Shown here one piece after another: positions 27,327-36,821 of a stretch of 64,000 nt of DNA. A model generated the notes under the pieces. That model saw only the letters and a program-made list of their open reading frames with translations, made no database searches and was not told where the DNA came from. Both the position numbers and the translations under genes were made by a program. The DNA comes from Dyella sp. (GTDB taxonomy: Bacteria > Pseudomonadota > Gammaproteobacteria > Xanthomonadales > Rhodanobacteraceae): NCBI RefSeq assembly GCF_036568765.1, contig NZ_DATCRY010000019.1, forward strand, positions 6,404 to 70,403. Direction: 5' to 3'. Every line of letters begins with the position of its first letter. Within the stretch, counting starts at the first letter, position 1.

Positions 27327-27355
27327 AGCTCTGGCGTCAATACGGAGCACAGCTT

Positions 27356-28429
27356 TCAGGCAGCCTGTAATGCGTCGTTCGGCAAAGCTCGCGGCGCGCA
27401 CGAAGCCACTGCTTCGGCGATCGCCTGGATATGCGCAGGCGTCGTGCCACAACAGCCACCCACCAGATTAAGCAAGCCATCGCGCGCGAAGCCGCCGATC
27501 ACTGCGGCCATCTGTTCGGGCGTTTCGTCGTACTCGCCAAAAGCATTGGGCAAACCGGCGTTCGGATGGGTACTGACGAAGCACCCAGCGATATTGGCCA
27601 ACGTCTGCACATGCGGTCGCAGGTCCGCCGCACCGAGCGCGCAATTGAGACCTACCGACAAGGGGCGCGCATGGCGCACCGAGTAGTAGAATGCCTCGGC
27701 GGTCTGGCCCGACAGGGTGCGGCCGGAACGGTCGGTGATGGTGCCGGAGATCATCACCGGCAACCGATAGCCCCGCTCGGCAAATACTTCGCTGATCGCA
27801 AACAGCGCAGCTTTGGCATTGAGCGTGTCGAAAATGGTCTCGACCATCAGCACATCGGCGCCGCCGTCGATCAGGCCCCGTGTCGCTTCCGTGTAATTGA
27901 GCACCAGTTCTTCAAACGTGACGTTGCGAAAGCCCGGGTCGTTGACGTCCGGCGACAGCGAAGCAGTGCGGCTGGTCGGACCAAGCACGCCGATCACAAA
28001 ACGCGGGCGCTCTGGCGTTTCGACGGCATCGCAAGCTGCGCGTGCCAGCGCCGCGCCTTCGCGATTGAGCTCATAAGCCAGGTGTTCTAGATGGTAGTCG
28101 GCCTGACTGATGCGCGTGGAGTTGAACGTATTCGTTTCCACCAGGTCGGCGCCGGCGCGCAGATAGGCTTCGTGCACACCGCGAATAATGTCGGGCTTGG
28201 TGAGCGTAAGCAGGTCATTGTTACCCATGAGGTCGCAACTACCCGGATGTTCGTGCGCGTGTTTGCTATCGTGCCCGTGCTCGAAACGCTCTCCGCGGAA
28301 GCTGGCCTCGTCCAGCTGATGGCCTTGCAGCATGGTGCCCATGCCGCCGTCGAGAATCAGGATACGTTCGCGCAGCGCAGCTTCTAACTTGCCAATGCGC
28401 TCGGGACGATACCAGGGCAACTGACTCAT
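27356..28429 (-). CDS. metH: Homocysteine S-methyltransferase domain protein (split MetH, N-terminal Hcy-binding subunit)
   Basis: [12 protein letters not shown]..., [18 protein letters not shown] and GGCCGTTP zinc/Hcy-binding motifs. Confidence 0.85.
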   Translation of the reverse strand: MSQLPWYRPERIGKLEAALRERILILDGGMGTMLQGHQLDEASFRGERFEHGHDSKHAHEHPGSCDLMGNNDLLTLTKPDIIRGVHEAYLRAGADLVETNTFNSTRISQADYHLEHLAYELNREGAALARAACDAVETPERPRFVIGVLGPTSRTASLSPDVNDPGFRNVTFEELVLNYTEATRGLIDGGADVLMVETIFDTLNAKAALFAISEVFAERGYRLPVMISGTITDRSGRTLSGQTAEAFYYSVRHARPLSVGLNCALGAADLRPHVQTLANIAGCFVSTHPNAGLPNAFGEYDETPEQMAAVIGGFARDGLLNLVGGCCGTTPAHIQAIAEAVASCAPRALPNDALQAA

Positions 28430-28432
28430 GCT

Positions 28433-29374
28433 TCAACTCCTCGCCGGCTTGCGCGCCAGCAGGCTGATGACTTCGAAATGCGGCGCTTTGCGCTCGCGGC
28501 TCAGACGCGAACAACTGACGACTTCGAGCTTGGCCGTCTTTGCGAAGCCTTCCAGCTCAAGGCTGGTGAAGCCCAGATTGCGATGATCGAATGGCTCCAC
28601 CACGGCACGATGGTCGTGTTTGCCTAACGTCACGGCCAGTAGCTTGCCGCCGGGCCGCAGCACGCGCGCCGCTTCGGTAACCGCTAAGGCAGGTTGCTGA
28701 GCGTAAGTGAGGGCATGCAGCATCAAAACAAGATCGAAGCTGGCATCGCTCAGCGCGAGTTGCTGCATATCGCCCTGTTCGACGCGCACGTGTCCGAACG
28801 GCTTCAGACGCGTTTGCGCGGCCTCGACGACGCGCTCGCTACTGTCGACGCAGACGATGGAGCGGGCATGCGGTGCGAGCAGTTCGGCGGTCAAACCATC
28901 GCCGGAGGCGATGTCGAGCACGTCGCCGGTTTCCAGCAGTTGGAGCAGGGCGCGCGCCACAGTTTCCCAGGTGCGGCCCGGGGAATAGTGGCGCTCCATA
29001 TCGCCCGCCACAGTATCGGCCCAACCCTGGTCGCGTGCGCGCTGCGCCAGCACGCTGGGCAGCCGTTCGGCATCTTCGCGCAGCAAGGCATCGTCGATGC
29101 TCTCGCGCAGCGATTTGAGCAGCTCGTGCTGCTTCTCGTCGCCTTCGCTATTGGCGCGGTAGTACGCCGAGACGCCGGCGCGGCGGTCGCGCACCAGATC
29201 GGCCTCCTTGAGCTTGGCCAGATGCGTGGACACCCGCGGCTGGGCGAGGTGCAGTACGGCAGCCAGCTCCGCGACGGTCAGTTCCTCGCGCTCAAGGAGG
29301 GCGAGCAGACGCACGCGGGTCGGGTCCGCCAGCAGGCGTAGCACGCCGGAAGCGGTGGCCAGATCCATAGGCAT
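28433..29374 (-). CDS. ArsR/SmtB-family HTH fused to a class I SAM-dependent methyltransferase
   Basis: N-terminal LLADPTRVRLLALL...ELTVAELAAVLHLAQPRVSTHLAKLKEADLV. C-terminal VLDIASGDG...LRPGGKLL methyltransferase motifs. Its stop lies 4 nt before the metH-N start. Confidence 0.8.
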   Translation of the reverse strand: MPMDLATASGVLRLLADPTRVRLLALLEREELTVAELAAVLHLAQPRVSTHLAKLKEADLVRDRRAGVSAYYRANSEGDEKQHELLKSLRESIDDALLREDAERLPSVLAQRARDQGWADTVAGDMERHYSPGRTWETVARALLQLLETGDVLDIASGDGLTAELLAPHARSIVCVDSSERVVEAAQTRLKPFGHVRVEQGDMQQLALSDASFDLVLMLHALTYAQQPALAVTEAARVLRPGGKLLAVTLGKHDHRAVVEPFDHRNLGFTSLELEGFAKTAKLEVVSCSRLSRERKAPHFEVISLLARKPARS

Positions 29375-29509
29375 CCTTGTATCGCGATAGAGGGATAAAG
29401 GCTAGGGCTGCCAGGGGCATCCGTCAAGAGCATGCTGCGGGTGCACACGGCAAAAAGGCCCCCTCCCGCTAAACTAGAGAGCTTTCCCCGTTTCCGCCGG
29501 AGTACCCCC

Positions 29510-30670
29510 ATGGATTTCAGCTTTACCGAAGACCAGCTGTCGATTCAGTCCATTGCCCGCGATTTTGCGCAGAAGCGCATCGCGCCGGTGGCGGCTGAGC
29601 TGGATGCCAAGGGCGAGTTCCCGCTCGATAACATTCGCGAAATGGGCCAGCTCGGTCTGATGGGCATCGAGGTGCCGGAGGAATACGGCGGCGCCGGCAT
29701 GGATCCGATCGCCTATGTATTGGCGATGATCGAAATTGCCGCCGCAGACGCGGCCACGTCCACCGTCATGTCGGTAAACAATTCGCTGTTCTGCAATGGC
29801 ATTCTCAAGCACGGCAACGAGGACCAGAAACAGAAGTACGTGCGTGCGATCGCTTCGGGCGAGGCCATCGGCGCCTATGCGCTGACCGAGCCGCAGTCCG
29901 GTTCCGATGCGTCGGCGATGCATACACGCGCCACGAAGAACGCCAAGGGCGATTGGGTGATCAACGGCAAGAAGAGCTGGATCACCTCCGGCCCCGTGGC
30001 CCGTTATATCGTGCTGTTCGCCATCACTACGCCGGGCATCGGCGCCAAGGGCGTATCGGCTTTCATCGTCGATACCCAGTTGCCGGGCTTTCATGCGGGC
30101 AAGACCGAGCCGAAGCTCGGCATCCGTGCCTCGGCCACCTGCGAAATCGAATTTTCCGACTATGTTCTGCCGAAGGAAAACCTGCTGGGCGAAGAGGGCA
30201 AAGGCTTCTCCATCGCCATGGGCGTGCTCGATGCCGGTCGCATCGGTATCGCGTCGCAGTCGGTCGGTATCGCGCGTGCCGCTTATGAGGCAACGCTTCA
30301 ATGGTCGCGCGATCGCAAGGCTTTCGGCCAGCCGATCGGTACCTTCCAGATGACCCAGGCCAAGATCGCCGACATGAAGTGCAAGCTCGATGCGGCCACC
30401 TTGCTCACGCTGCGTGCGGCCTGGGCCAAGGGGCAGGCGGAGCAGAATGGCGGTCGCTTCGGCACGGAGGCTTCGGTGGCCAAGCTGGTGGCGTCGGAAG
30501 CGGCCATGTGGATCTCCCACCAGGCGGTGCAGATCCATGGCGGTATGGGCTACTCGAAGGAAATGCCGCTTGAGCGTTATTTCCGCGATGCCAAGATCAC
30601 CGAGATCTATGAGGGCACCAGCGAAATCCAGCGTTTGGTGATTGCGCGTTCCGAAACCGGTCTGCGCTGA
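29510..30670 (+). CDS. Acyl-CoA dehydrogenase (short/butyryl-chain type)
   Basis: GAYALTEPQSGSDA, QIHGGMGY and EIYEGTSEIQRLVIAR motifs. Confidence 0.85.
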   Translation: MDFSFTEDQLSIQSIARDFAQKRIAPVAAELDAKGEFPLDNIREMGQLGLMGIEVPEEYGGAGMDPIAYVLAMIEIAAADAATSTVMSVNNSLFCNGILKHGNEDQKQKYVRAIASGEAIGAYALTEPQSGSDASAMHTRATKNAKGDWVINGKKSWITSGPVARYIVLFAITTPGIGAKGVSAFIVDTQLPGFHAGKTEPKLGIRASATCEIEFSDYVLPKENLLGEEGKGFSIAMGVLDAGRIGIASQSVGIARAAYEATLQWSRDRKAFGQPIGTFQMTQAKIADMKCKLDAATLLTLRAAWAKGQAEQNGGRFGTEASVAKLVASEAAMWISHQAVQIHGGMGYSKEMPLERYFRDAKITEIYEGTSEIQRLVIARSETGLR

Positions 30671-30687
30671 CGCTAGTACGGAATGCC

Positions 30688-30757
30688 GAGGCTTGCCCCA
30701 GCCGAGCCGCCTCTCTCCCGGCGTTGCCGTGGGAGAGGCGTGGGGTGAGGAAGCCTC
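30688..30757. repeat. REP-type imperfect palindrome between convergent genes
   Basis: GAGGCTTGCCCCAGCC...CCTCTCTCCCGGCGTTGCCGTGGGAGAGG...GGGGTGAGGAAGCCTC. Same GGGGTGAGG family as 27197-27326. Confidence 0.5.
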
Positions 30758-31454
30758 AGCGCAGTTGCACGCTTACCACTTGCTCTTGCGCCCGATAAAG
30801 CTGCGGAAAATATCGCTGCAAGTTAACTACCTTCGGCGCGTCGTTGACCACGATATAGCGGTCGTCCGGATGCAGGCGTGCGTAGTCCTGGTGATATGCC
30901 TCCGCTGGATAGAAAGCTTTCAGCGGCACCACCTGTGTCATGATCGGATCGCCGAATGCCTTGGCCGCGCCCAATTGCGCGATATACGCTTTGGCAACGC
31001 GCTCCTGTTCCGGTGAGCTGTAAAAAATCGCCGAGCGATACTGTGTACCGACATCCGGTCCCTGCCGATTGAGCAAGGTAGGGTCGGTGGCCACCGTGAA
31101 GAACACGCGCAGCAGCTCGCCGTAGCTGATCTGCGCCGGGTCGTACAGGATCTTGACCGACTCGGCGTGGCCGGTGTCGCCGTCGCTCACCTGGTCGTAT
31201 GTCGCCGTCGCGGCGCTACCGCCGGAATAGCCCGACCAGACCTTCTTCACGCCCTTGACGTGTTCGAACACGGCTTCGACGCCCCAGAAGCAACCTCCGG
31301 CCAGGACGGCGACTTCTTCGCTATGGGTCGTGGCCAGCGGGGTGTCGGTTTGCGGTGAGGGCAGGGCGGCGTCGCGGCTGATCGCCGGGGCGCTGCAGGC
31401 AGCTACTCCGGCGGCGATGAACAGGGCGGCGAGAGGTTTCAGAGGCAGGGACAT
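30756..31454 (-). CDS. msrA: Peptide-methionine (S)-S-oxide reductase MsrA, lipoprotein/secreted form
   Basis: Active-site motif [11 protein letters not shown]. Lipobox-like [15 protein letters not shown] before ATG 31454 (the ORF also opens at 31484). Confidence 0.85.
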   Translation of the reverse strand: MSLPLKPLAALFIAAGVAACSAPAISRDAALPSPQTDTPLATTHSEEVAVLAGGCFWGVEAVFEHVKGVKKVWSGYSGGSAATATYDQVSDGDTGHAESVKILYDPAQISYGELLRVFFTVATDPTLLNRQGPDVGTQYRSAIFYSSPEQERVAKAYIAQLGAAKAFGDPIMTQVVPLKAFYPAEAYHQDYARLHPDDRYIVVNDAPKVVNLQRYFPQLYRAQEQVVSVQLR

Positions 31455-31506
31455 GAGTGCGCTCCATCGGGGGACACTCGGCAATTCGCCGCTCGGTCCC
31501 AGCCGG

Positions 31507-31728
31507 TTACCTCACGTCGATCACATGAATGACGATGTCGTCCAATTGGACCTTCTGGCCCGAGTGGATCTTGCACGTCTTGCGCAGCTCCTGGACGCCG
31601 TCGACCATGACCGCGCCACTGGCGACGATAGCCTTGCCCGCGCCGCCGCTATCGCACAAGCCGCTGAGCTTGAGCAATTGATTCAGCTCCACGTAGTCGC
31701 GGTCCAGTTCGAATTCCAGCTCGGTCAT
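31507..31728 (-). CDS. S4-domain RNA-binding protein (YbcJ-like)
   Basis: 73 aa: [46 protein letters not shown]. The start overlaps the barstar stop (ATGA). Confidence 0.7.
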   Translation of the reverse strand: MTELEFELDRDYVELNQLLKLSGLCDSGGAGKAIVASGAVMVDGVQELRKTCKIHSGQKVQLDDIVIHVIDVR

Positions 31729-32159
31729 GCATCGGCCTCGTCGGCAGCGCTTTCGGGCAATGCGACACAGGCGAAGAACGGTACGCTGGCGGCGTGCCAG
31801 CTTTCGGCGGCCTCGTCGAGGATGTCCAGGAAAATATCGAACTCCGCCTCGTCGGCGTCGCGCAGCGTTTCGGCGTGCACGATCAGGAGCAGATAACCCT
31901 TGGCGCGCAGCCACGACAGGTCGCGCAAGCTGTCCGAGAGCGCATCCCAGTTGCCGCCGAAGCCGGCCGGAAAGTGCAGTGCATCGTCCAGGTGGCGCAG
32001 CAGCGAGGCCTTATCGGTGCAATCGTGCAGGTCGATCGATAGCGTGCGCAGCGAAGTGGATTGGGCCGCGCGGTCGAGCGCGGCGATATCGTCCTGGGTG
32101 ACGAAGAAGACGCCATTGCTGGCCGCGTCATTCAGGTCGATGTCGAGCAGGGAATTCAT
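31725..32159 (-). CDS. Barstar-family ribonuclease inhibitor
   Basis: FPAGFGGNWDALSDSLRDLSW matches the barstar core motif. Acidic C-terminus. The start overlaps the RNase stop. Confidence 0.75.
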   Translation of the reverse strand: MNSLLDIDLNDAASNGVFFVTQDDIAALDRAAQSTSLRTLSIDLHDCTDKASLLRHLDDALHFPAGFGGNWDALSDSLRDLSWLRAKGYLLLIVHAETLRDADEAEFDIFLDILDEAAESWHAASVPFFACVALPESAADEADA

Positions 32160-32581
32160 GGATGTACCCGGAAGCAGCGGAAGCTGCTGTAGTGATCGGC
32201 TGTGTAGTAGTACACCGTCGGTGGCGTGCCGCCGGTGATGATGCGTCGTGCACCGCGATCGCCGCTACCTGGCGTTTCGACGGTGTATTCGTGGTAGTAG
32301 CCATTCGCCTGGGACGGCAGCAGGCCTTCGCGATTGCCAAATACCGTGCCGTCCTGGCGATGCGGGAACGGACCGCCGCTTTCGATCAGGTTGATGGTCT
32401 GCGAGGCTTCCGGCGGCAGGAAGGCAGGCAATACCGGGCACCCTCCCTGGGCCCGGCTGCCGGCCGGCGTATCGGCCTGGCGTTGTGGAGTATCTACCTG
32501 GCGCTGCGGTGCGGGCTTGAAGTAGAGCCAGCCTACTAGTGCGACCAGAATCAATATCGGAAGAATGCGATTGGCGCGCAT
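32156..32581 (-). CDS. Secreted guanyl-specific ribonuclease (RNase Sa/N1/T1-barnase superfamily)
   Basis: Signal/TM segment, then GYYHEYTVETPGSGDRGARRIITGG...YYYTADHYSSF, very close to RNase Sa motifs. Confidence 0.8.
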   Translation of the reverse strand: MRANRILPILILVALVGWLYFKPAPQRQVDTPQRQADTPAGSRAQGGCPVLPAFLPPEASQTINLIESGGPFPHRQDGTVFGNREGLLPSQANGYYHEYTVETPGSGDRGARRIITGGTPPTVYYYTADHYSSFRCFRVHP

Positions 32582-32598
32582 GTGGGATCCTCGGACGT

Positions 32599-33450
32599 TC
32601 ACCGGTGGGGCGCGTCGACACGTGCTTGCAAGGCCATCGCCGCGGCTGGGTTGCGGTGCTTGGCGGCGCTGATGAAGAAGATAAAGACATCGCGCGCTTC
32701 GCTGTCGGGCAGTGTGGCAGCTACATGCGGAAGTTCGGGATTGTCCCGGCCATCCGCCCAACGGTGCGCGCGTGCCGACCAGGCATCCAGATCTTGCGCG
32801 CCGTAACCTGTGGCAACGCCATCTTCGCTGCGCATCAATCGGGCATAGGTGAAATCGCCCGTGATATCGGCGAGCGACGGATACTCCGGCGAATCGGTGA
32901 AAACGGTGGGTATGCGATGCGAGCGGGCCAGCGCTACATATTCGACGCTGAGAAAACTGGAATGCCGTACTTCCAGTACGTGCCGCAGCGGACGCCCAGC
33001 CAGCGTGGTCGGCAACAGACCCAGGAATGCATCCAGATCGTCAGCATCGAAGCGACGGGACGGCGGTAACTGCCATAGGATCGGTCCCAGGCGATTGCCC
33101 ATCTGATCGAGTCCGCCTTCGATAAACCCCCGAATGCCTTTGTCAGTATCGGCCAGGCGTTTGCCCTCGGTGATATAGCGCGGAGCTTTGAGCGAGAACA
33201 CGAAGCCTTCGGGCGTTTCGGCTGCCCAGCGCGCATAAGTGGCTGGTTTCTGCGCACCGTAAAAAGTGCCATTGATTTCGATCGCGCGAAGGTGGCGACT
33301 GGCGTATTCCAGCTCGCGCTTCTGCGCCAGTCCATCCGGATAGAAGTTCTTGCGCCAGGGCGCATACGTCCAGCCGCCGATGCCGGCACGGATTGCATGC
33401 TGCGCTACGGGAGCGGTGAACAGGTCATTGCTGGTGGCATGGGTGGGCAT
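32599..33450 (-). CDS. DUF72 (YecE-like) protein
   Basis: YASRHLRAIEINGTFYG...FVFSLKAPRYIT...GPILWQLPP are motifs typical of DUF72. Confidence 0.75.
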   Translation of the reverse strand: MPTHATSNDLFTAPVAQHAIRAGIGGWTYAPWRKNFYPDGLAQKRELEYASRHLRAIEINGTFYGAQKPATYARWAAETPEGFVFSLKAPRYITEGKRLADTDKGIRGFIEGGLDQMGNRLGPILWQLPPSRRFDADDLDAFLGLLPTTLAGRPLRHVLEVRHSSFLSVEYVALARSHRIPTVFTDSPEYPSLADITGDFTYARLMRSEDGVATGYGAQDLDAWSARAHRWADGRDNPELPHVAATLPDSEARDVFIFFISAAKHRNPAAAMALQARVDAPHR

Positions 33451-33572
33451 GGCTACGGATCGAAGCGATGGCGCTCCATGATGCCACGACCAGGGCGGCG
33501 TGACTTCATGCACGCGCCAGCAGTGCCTCGGCGCGCGCAGATTCTGCGTTCCATACCGCGAAGGGATCGATC

Positions 33573-34556
33573 ATGCAGCGCATCGGGGGTGTGTTGTTGG
33601 CTATGCTGGCTTGCTGGGGCATCAATGCGTTCGCGCAGTCCGAGTCGTCTCCGCAAGTGTTCGCACCGGGGACGATTTCCGGGCCGGCGGGAGAAGATTC
33701 GGCGGCTTTTTCGCCCGATGGCAATACGCTCGTTTTCGATCGAAGCAGCGGTCAAAACCAGCTGATTCTGGTGGCGCATCGTGTGGGCGGTCAGTGGCAG
33801 GCCGCACAGATCGCGCCCTTCTCCGGACGCTGGCTCGATCATGACCCGGCGATGTCGCCGGACGGGCGCTTTGTAGTCTTTAGCTCGAATCGTCCCGACA
33901 CTGCCGACGGCAAAGCACTGGATGCACAGTTGGACAACGGCAAGGTATCGCCGGGCTGGGGCGGTCGCTTATGGAAGGTCGAGCGCCACGGTGACCGCTG
34001 GGGCGACCCCGTATTACTGCCGGTAACCGTCAATCAGGGGACGCGGACGTATTCACCGAGTATTGCGGCCGATGGCACGTTGTATTTCCAGCGGCCTGTG
34101 GCCGGCGGCGGGCAGGGAGCATTCAAGCTGTACCGATCGGTCTATCGCAACGGTGCCTACCAGGAGGCCGAGCCGCTCAAGCTGGGTACTGCCGAATCCC
34201 ATGAACTCGATCCGGCAATTGCACCGGACCAGTCGTTTATCGTGTTCGACGCCAATGATGCCGGCAAGGACGGGCCGGATCGTTTGTACATTGCTTTTCG
34301 CGAGGGCGACGGCTGGAGCAAGCCGGTCGACCTGGGGGATGAGGTCAATCGCGGGCAGCCGTGGGGATCGCATCTGGGGCCGGATGGCCACACACTCTAC
34401 TTCAGCAGCACCCGCGGCACCCGTACGGCCTATCCCCGTGCACCTGGGCAGGCACAGCAGGATCTGGTGCGGATGCAGAGCTGGGATAACGGCAACGACA
34501 ACCTCTGGTCGGTGTCTCTCGTACCCTGGCTGGATGCGCACCGCCAGAACGGTTGA
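33573..34556 (+). CDS. Periplasmic PD40/TolB-like beta-propeller repeat protein
   Basis: Signal peptide. Repeated SPDG..LVF / SPDGRFVVFSSNR / GPDGHTLYFSS motifs. Confidence 0.7.
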   Translation: MQRIGGVLLAMLACWGINAFAQSESSPQVFAPGTISGPAGEDSAAFSPDGNTLVFDRSSGQNQLILVAHRVGGQWQAAQIAPFSGRWLDHDPAMSPDGRFVVFSSNRPDTADGKALDAQLDNGKVSPGWGGRLWKVERHGDRWGDPVLLPVTVNQGTRTYSPSIAADGTLYFQRPVAGGGQGAFKLYRSVYRNGAYQEAEPLKLGTAESHELDPAIAPDQSFIVFDANDAGKDGPDRLYIAFREGDGWSKPVDLGDEVNRGQPWGSHLGPDGHTLYFSSTRGTRTAYPRAPGQAQQDLVRMQSWDNGNDNLWSVSLVPWLDAHRQNG

Positions 34557-34634
34557 GGGAGGCAGTCCGGCTCTGGCGCGAGGAGGCAATTGTCGCGATA
34601 GTGTCGCTTTGCGTTTGACTCGAGGAAGCCTGCA

Positions 34635-36293
34635 ATGCGTCACCGGAACCTGTCTCCGCGCCTGGCTGGATGTTGTTGTGCCCTGTTCGTGCTCGCCACC
34701 GGTGCCTGGGCGCAGACGCCCACCGCGCCAGTCGTACCCGCGCCTATCGATGCCAACGCGTCGGCTACCCTGCCGGCACAACTGGCCGATTTCCCTGCGT
34801 ACATGGACAGCGTGCGCAAGACGTTCGACGTACCGGGCATCGCCGTGGCGATCGTCAAAGACGGCAAGGTGGTGATGGAGCAGGGCTTCGGCCTGCGCGA
34901 GATCGGCAAGCCGGAGCCGGTCGATGCGCATACGTTGTTCGCTATCGCATCGAACACCAAGGCCTTTACCGCCGCTTCGCTGCAGATGCTTGCCGAGCAG
35001 GGCAAGCTGAAGATGGACGATCCGGTGATCGATCATCTGCCGTGGTTCCAGATGTCCGATCCTTATGTCACGCGCGAAATGCGCGTCCGCGATCTGCTGG
35101 CGCACCGCAGTGGCCTGGGCCTGGGTGCAGGCGATTTGCTGTATTGGCCGCCCACCTCGTATTCGACCAAGGAAGTGGTCGAGCGGTTGCGCAATGTGCC
35201 CCTGGCGACGAGTTTCCGTAGTGCCTATGCCTACGACAACATCCTGTTTGCCGTTGCCACGCTGGTCATCGAAAACACATCGGGCCAGAGCTACGCGGAT
35301 TTCCTGCGCAACAACATCTTCAAGCCTGTAGGCATGGATGAAACGCTGGTCGACATGACGTATCTCAAGCCCGGTATGGACGTGGCTGTGGGTCATGCGA
35401 AATTCGACTTCAAAGATTTGAAGCCGGTGCCGCCGATGGCGTGGTCCAACAATCCCGGTGCTGGCGGTATTTATGCCAGCGTGCACGACTTGGCCAAATG
35501 GATGAACGTGCAACTGGCCGGGGGCGCGTTGCCCTCGTCCGATGGCAAGGAGAAGCGTCTGTTCACGCAGAACAGCCAGGATCAGATGTGGTCGATGCTC
35601 ACCCCGATGAAGATCGGCAAGCCGTCGGTGCCGGAACTGGCAAGCACCAAGTCGAATTTCGCCGGTTACGGTGAGGGTTGGTTCTTGTCCGACTACCGTG
35701 GCGAGCGGCTGGTCTGGCACACGGGCGGTTGGCCGGGCATGGTCTCGCGCCTGACCCTGGTGCCCGAACAGCACCTGGGTATCGTGGTGCTGACGAACCA
35801 GGAATCCGGCGCCGCTTTCAATGCGGTGACCTATCGTGTGCTCGATGCGTATCTCGGCCACAACAAGACCGATTGGGTTGCCGCATATGACAAGGCGGTG
35901 AAGAAGGCCGAAGGCAATGCGGACGATAGCTGGAAGAAGCACGAGACATCACGCGACAAGAGCGGCAAGCCGTCATTGCCGATAGCGGGCTACGCCGGTA
36001 CCTATCGCGATCGTTGGTACGGCGATGTCATCGTCAGCCAGGAAGGCGGCAAGCTGCGCATGCGTTTTTCCAAGACGGCGCAACTGGTCGGTACGATGAC
36101 GCCATGGCAGCACGATAGCTTCATCGTGCGCTGGGACGATCGTTCGCTCAATGCCGACGCGTTCGTGACGTATTCGCTGGATGCCGACGGCAAGATTCGC
36201 GATGTTCGGATGGAGCCGATTTCGCCGCTGACCGATTTCAGTTTCGACTTCCAGGATCTGCGCCTGGAGCCGGTGGCCAAGAAGGGCGATTGA
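34635..36293 (+). CDS. Serine hydrolase of the class C beta-lactamase/penicillin-binding family with C-terminal DUF3471-like domain
   Basis: Signal peptide. SxxK motif FAIASNTKAF. YAYDN (YxN). Confidence 0.8.
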   Translation: MRHRNLSPRLAGCCCALFVLATGAWAQTPTAPVVPAPIDANASATLPAQLADFPAYMDSVRKTFDVPGIAVAIVKDGKVVMEQGFGLREIGKPEPVDAHTLFAIASNTKAFTAASLQMLAEQGKLKMDDPVIDHLPWFQMSDPYVTREMRVRDLLAHRSGLGLGAGDLLYWPPTSYSTKEVVERLRNVPLATSFRSAYAYDNILFAVATLVIENTSGQSYADFLRNNIFKPVGMDETLVDMTYLKPGMDVAVGHAKFDFKDLKPVPPMAWSNNPGAGGIYASVHDLAKWMNVQLAGGALPSSDGKEKRLFTQNSQDQMWSMLTPMKIGKPSVPELASTKSNFAGYGEGWFLSDYRGERLVWHTGGWPGMVSRLTLVPEQHLGIVVLTNQESGAAFNAVTYRVLDAYLGHNKTDWVAAYDKAVKKAEGNADDSWKKHETSRDKSGKPSLPIAGYAGTYRDRWYGDVIVSQEGGKLRMRFSKTAQLVGTMTPWQHDSFIVRWDDRSLNADAFVTYSLDADGKIRDVRMEPISPLTDFSFDFQDLRLEPVAKKGD

Positions 36294-36325
36294 CGGGGTT
36301 TATCGCAAGGTTCACCCCTTTCCGG

Positions 36326-36349
36326 CCTCCCCCTGCAAGCAGGGGGAGG
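36326..36349. terminator. GC-rich hairpin (REP/terminator-like) between convergent genes
   Basis: CCTCCCCCTGC-AA-GCAGGGGGAGG, a perfect 11-bp inverted repeat. Confidence 0.45.
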
Positions 36350-36379
36350 AGTAAAGCACTCAGGGATTGGGAAAGATAC

Positions 36380-36796
36380 TCAGGCTCCTTGCCAGGGGTC
36401 ATAGCTCCCAAACCACCACAAATGCCCCTCCGGGTCGGCACAGCTGTATCCGGCACCGCCATAGTCCTGCTCGGAATAATCGTCCAGAATTACCGCGCCG
36501 GCCGCCTTGGCCATTTCGTAATGCGCTTTGCAATCCTTGACGATCACACAGGCGCATTGCGTTTCGCGCCCGGCAATTTCGTCCGGCTGCACCATGTGCC
36601 GGCTGAAATTCCCATCGCTGCGAGCCTCGCTCAACATCAGCATGCCCGCGCCATATGTAAGCTGCGCATGCACGATCTTGCCATCCTCTTCGTAGACCGC
36701 CTGTTTCTCGAAACCGAATCCCTTGCATAGCCAGTCGATCATGCTGCGCGCATCGCGATAGCGCAGGCAAGGGATGATGGTGCTGCCGCTGTTCAT
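36380..36796 (-). CDS. VOC (glyoxalase/bleomycin-resistance) family protein
   Basis: IIPCLRYRDARSMIDWLCKGFGFE...DPEGHLWWFGSYDPW is typical of PhnB-like VOC proteins. Confidence 0.75.
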   Translation of the reverse strand: MNSGSTIIPCLRYRDARSMIDWLCKGFGFEKQAVYEEDGKIVHAQLTYGAGMLMLSEARSDGNFSRHMVQPDEIAGRETQCACVIVKDCKAHYEMAKAAGAVILDDYSEQDYGGAGYSCADPEGHLWWFGSYDPWQGA

Positions 36797-36821
36797 CGTG
36801 CCGCCCTCCCGTGGATGATGC

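Noticed and set aside
29375-29509. Looked for a SAH/SAM or B12 riboswitch upstream of the ArsR-methyltransferase/metH operon.
   Set aside because: The leader is short. It shows only a TTGACG-N17-TAGCCT promoter-like pair on the minus strand, with no conserved riboswitch core that I recognise.
34053-35942. Very long antisense ORFs: 629 aa here; also 10558-11883, 25846-27156, 26249-27226, 29474-30538, 49838-51184, 51215-52606, 40966-42105, 7825-9036 and 42918-43841.
   Set aside because: Each lies opposite a gene with clear family motifs. Their products are Arg/Gly/His/Asp-rich low-complexity strings typical of stop-poor antisense frames in high-GC DNA, and none has an RBS or a recognisable domain.
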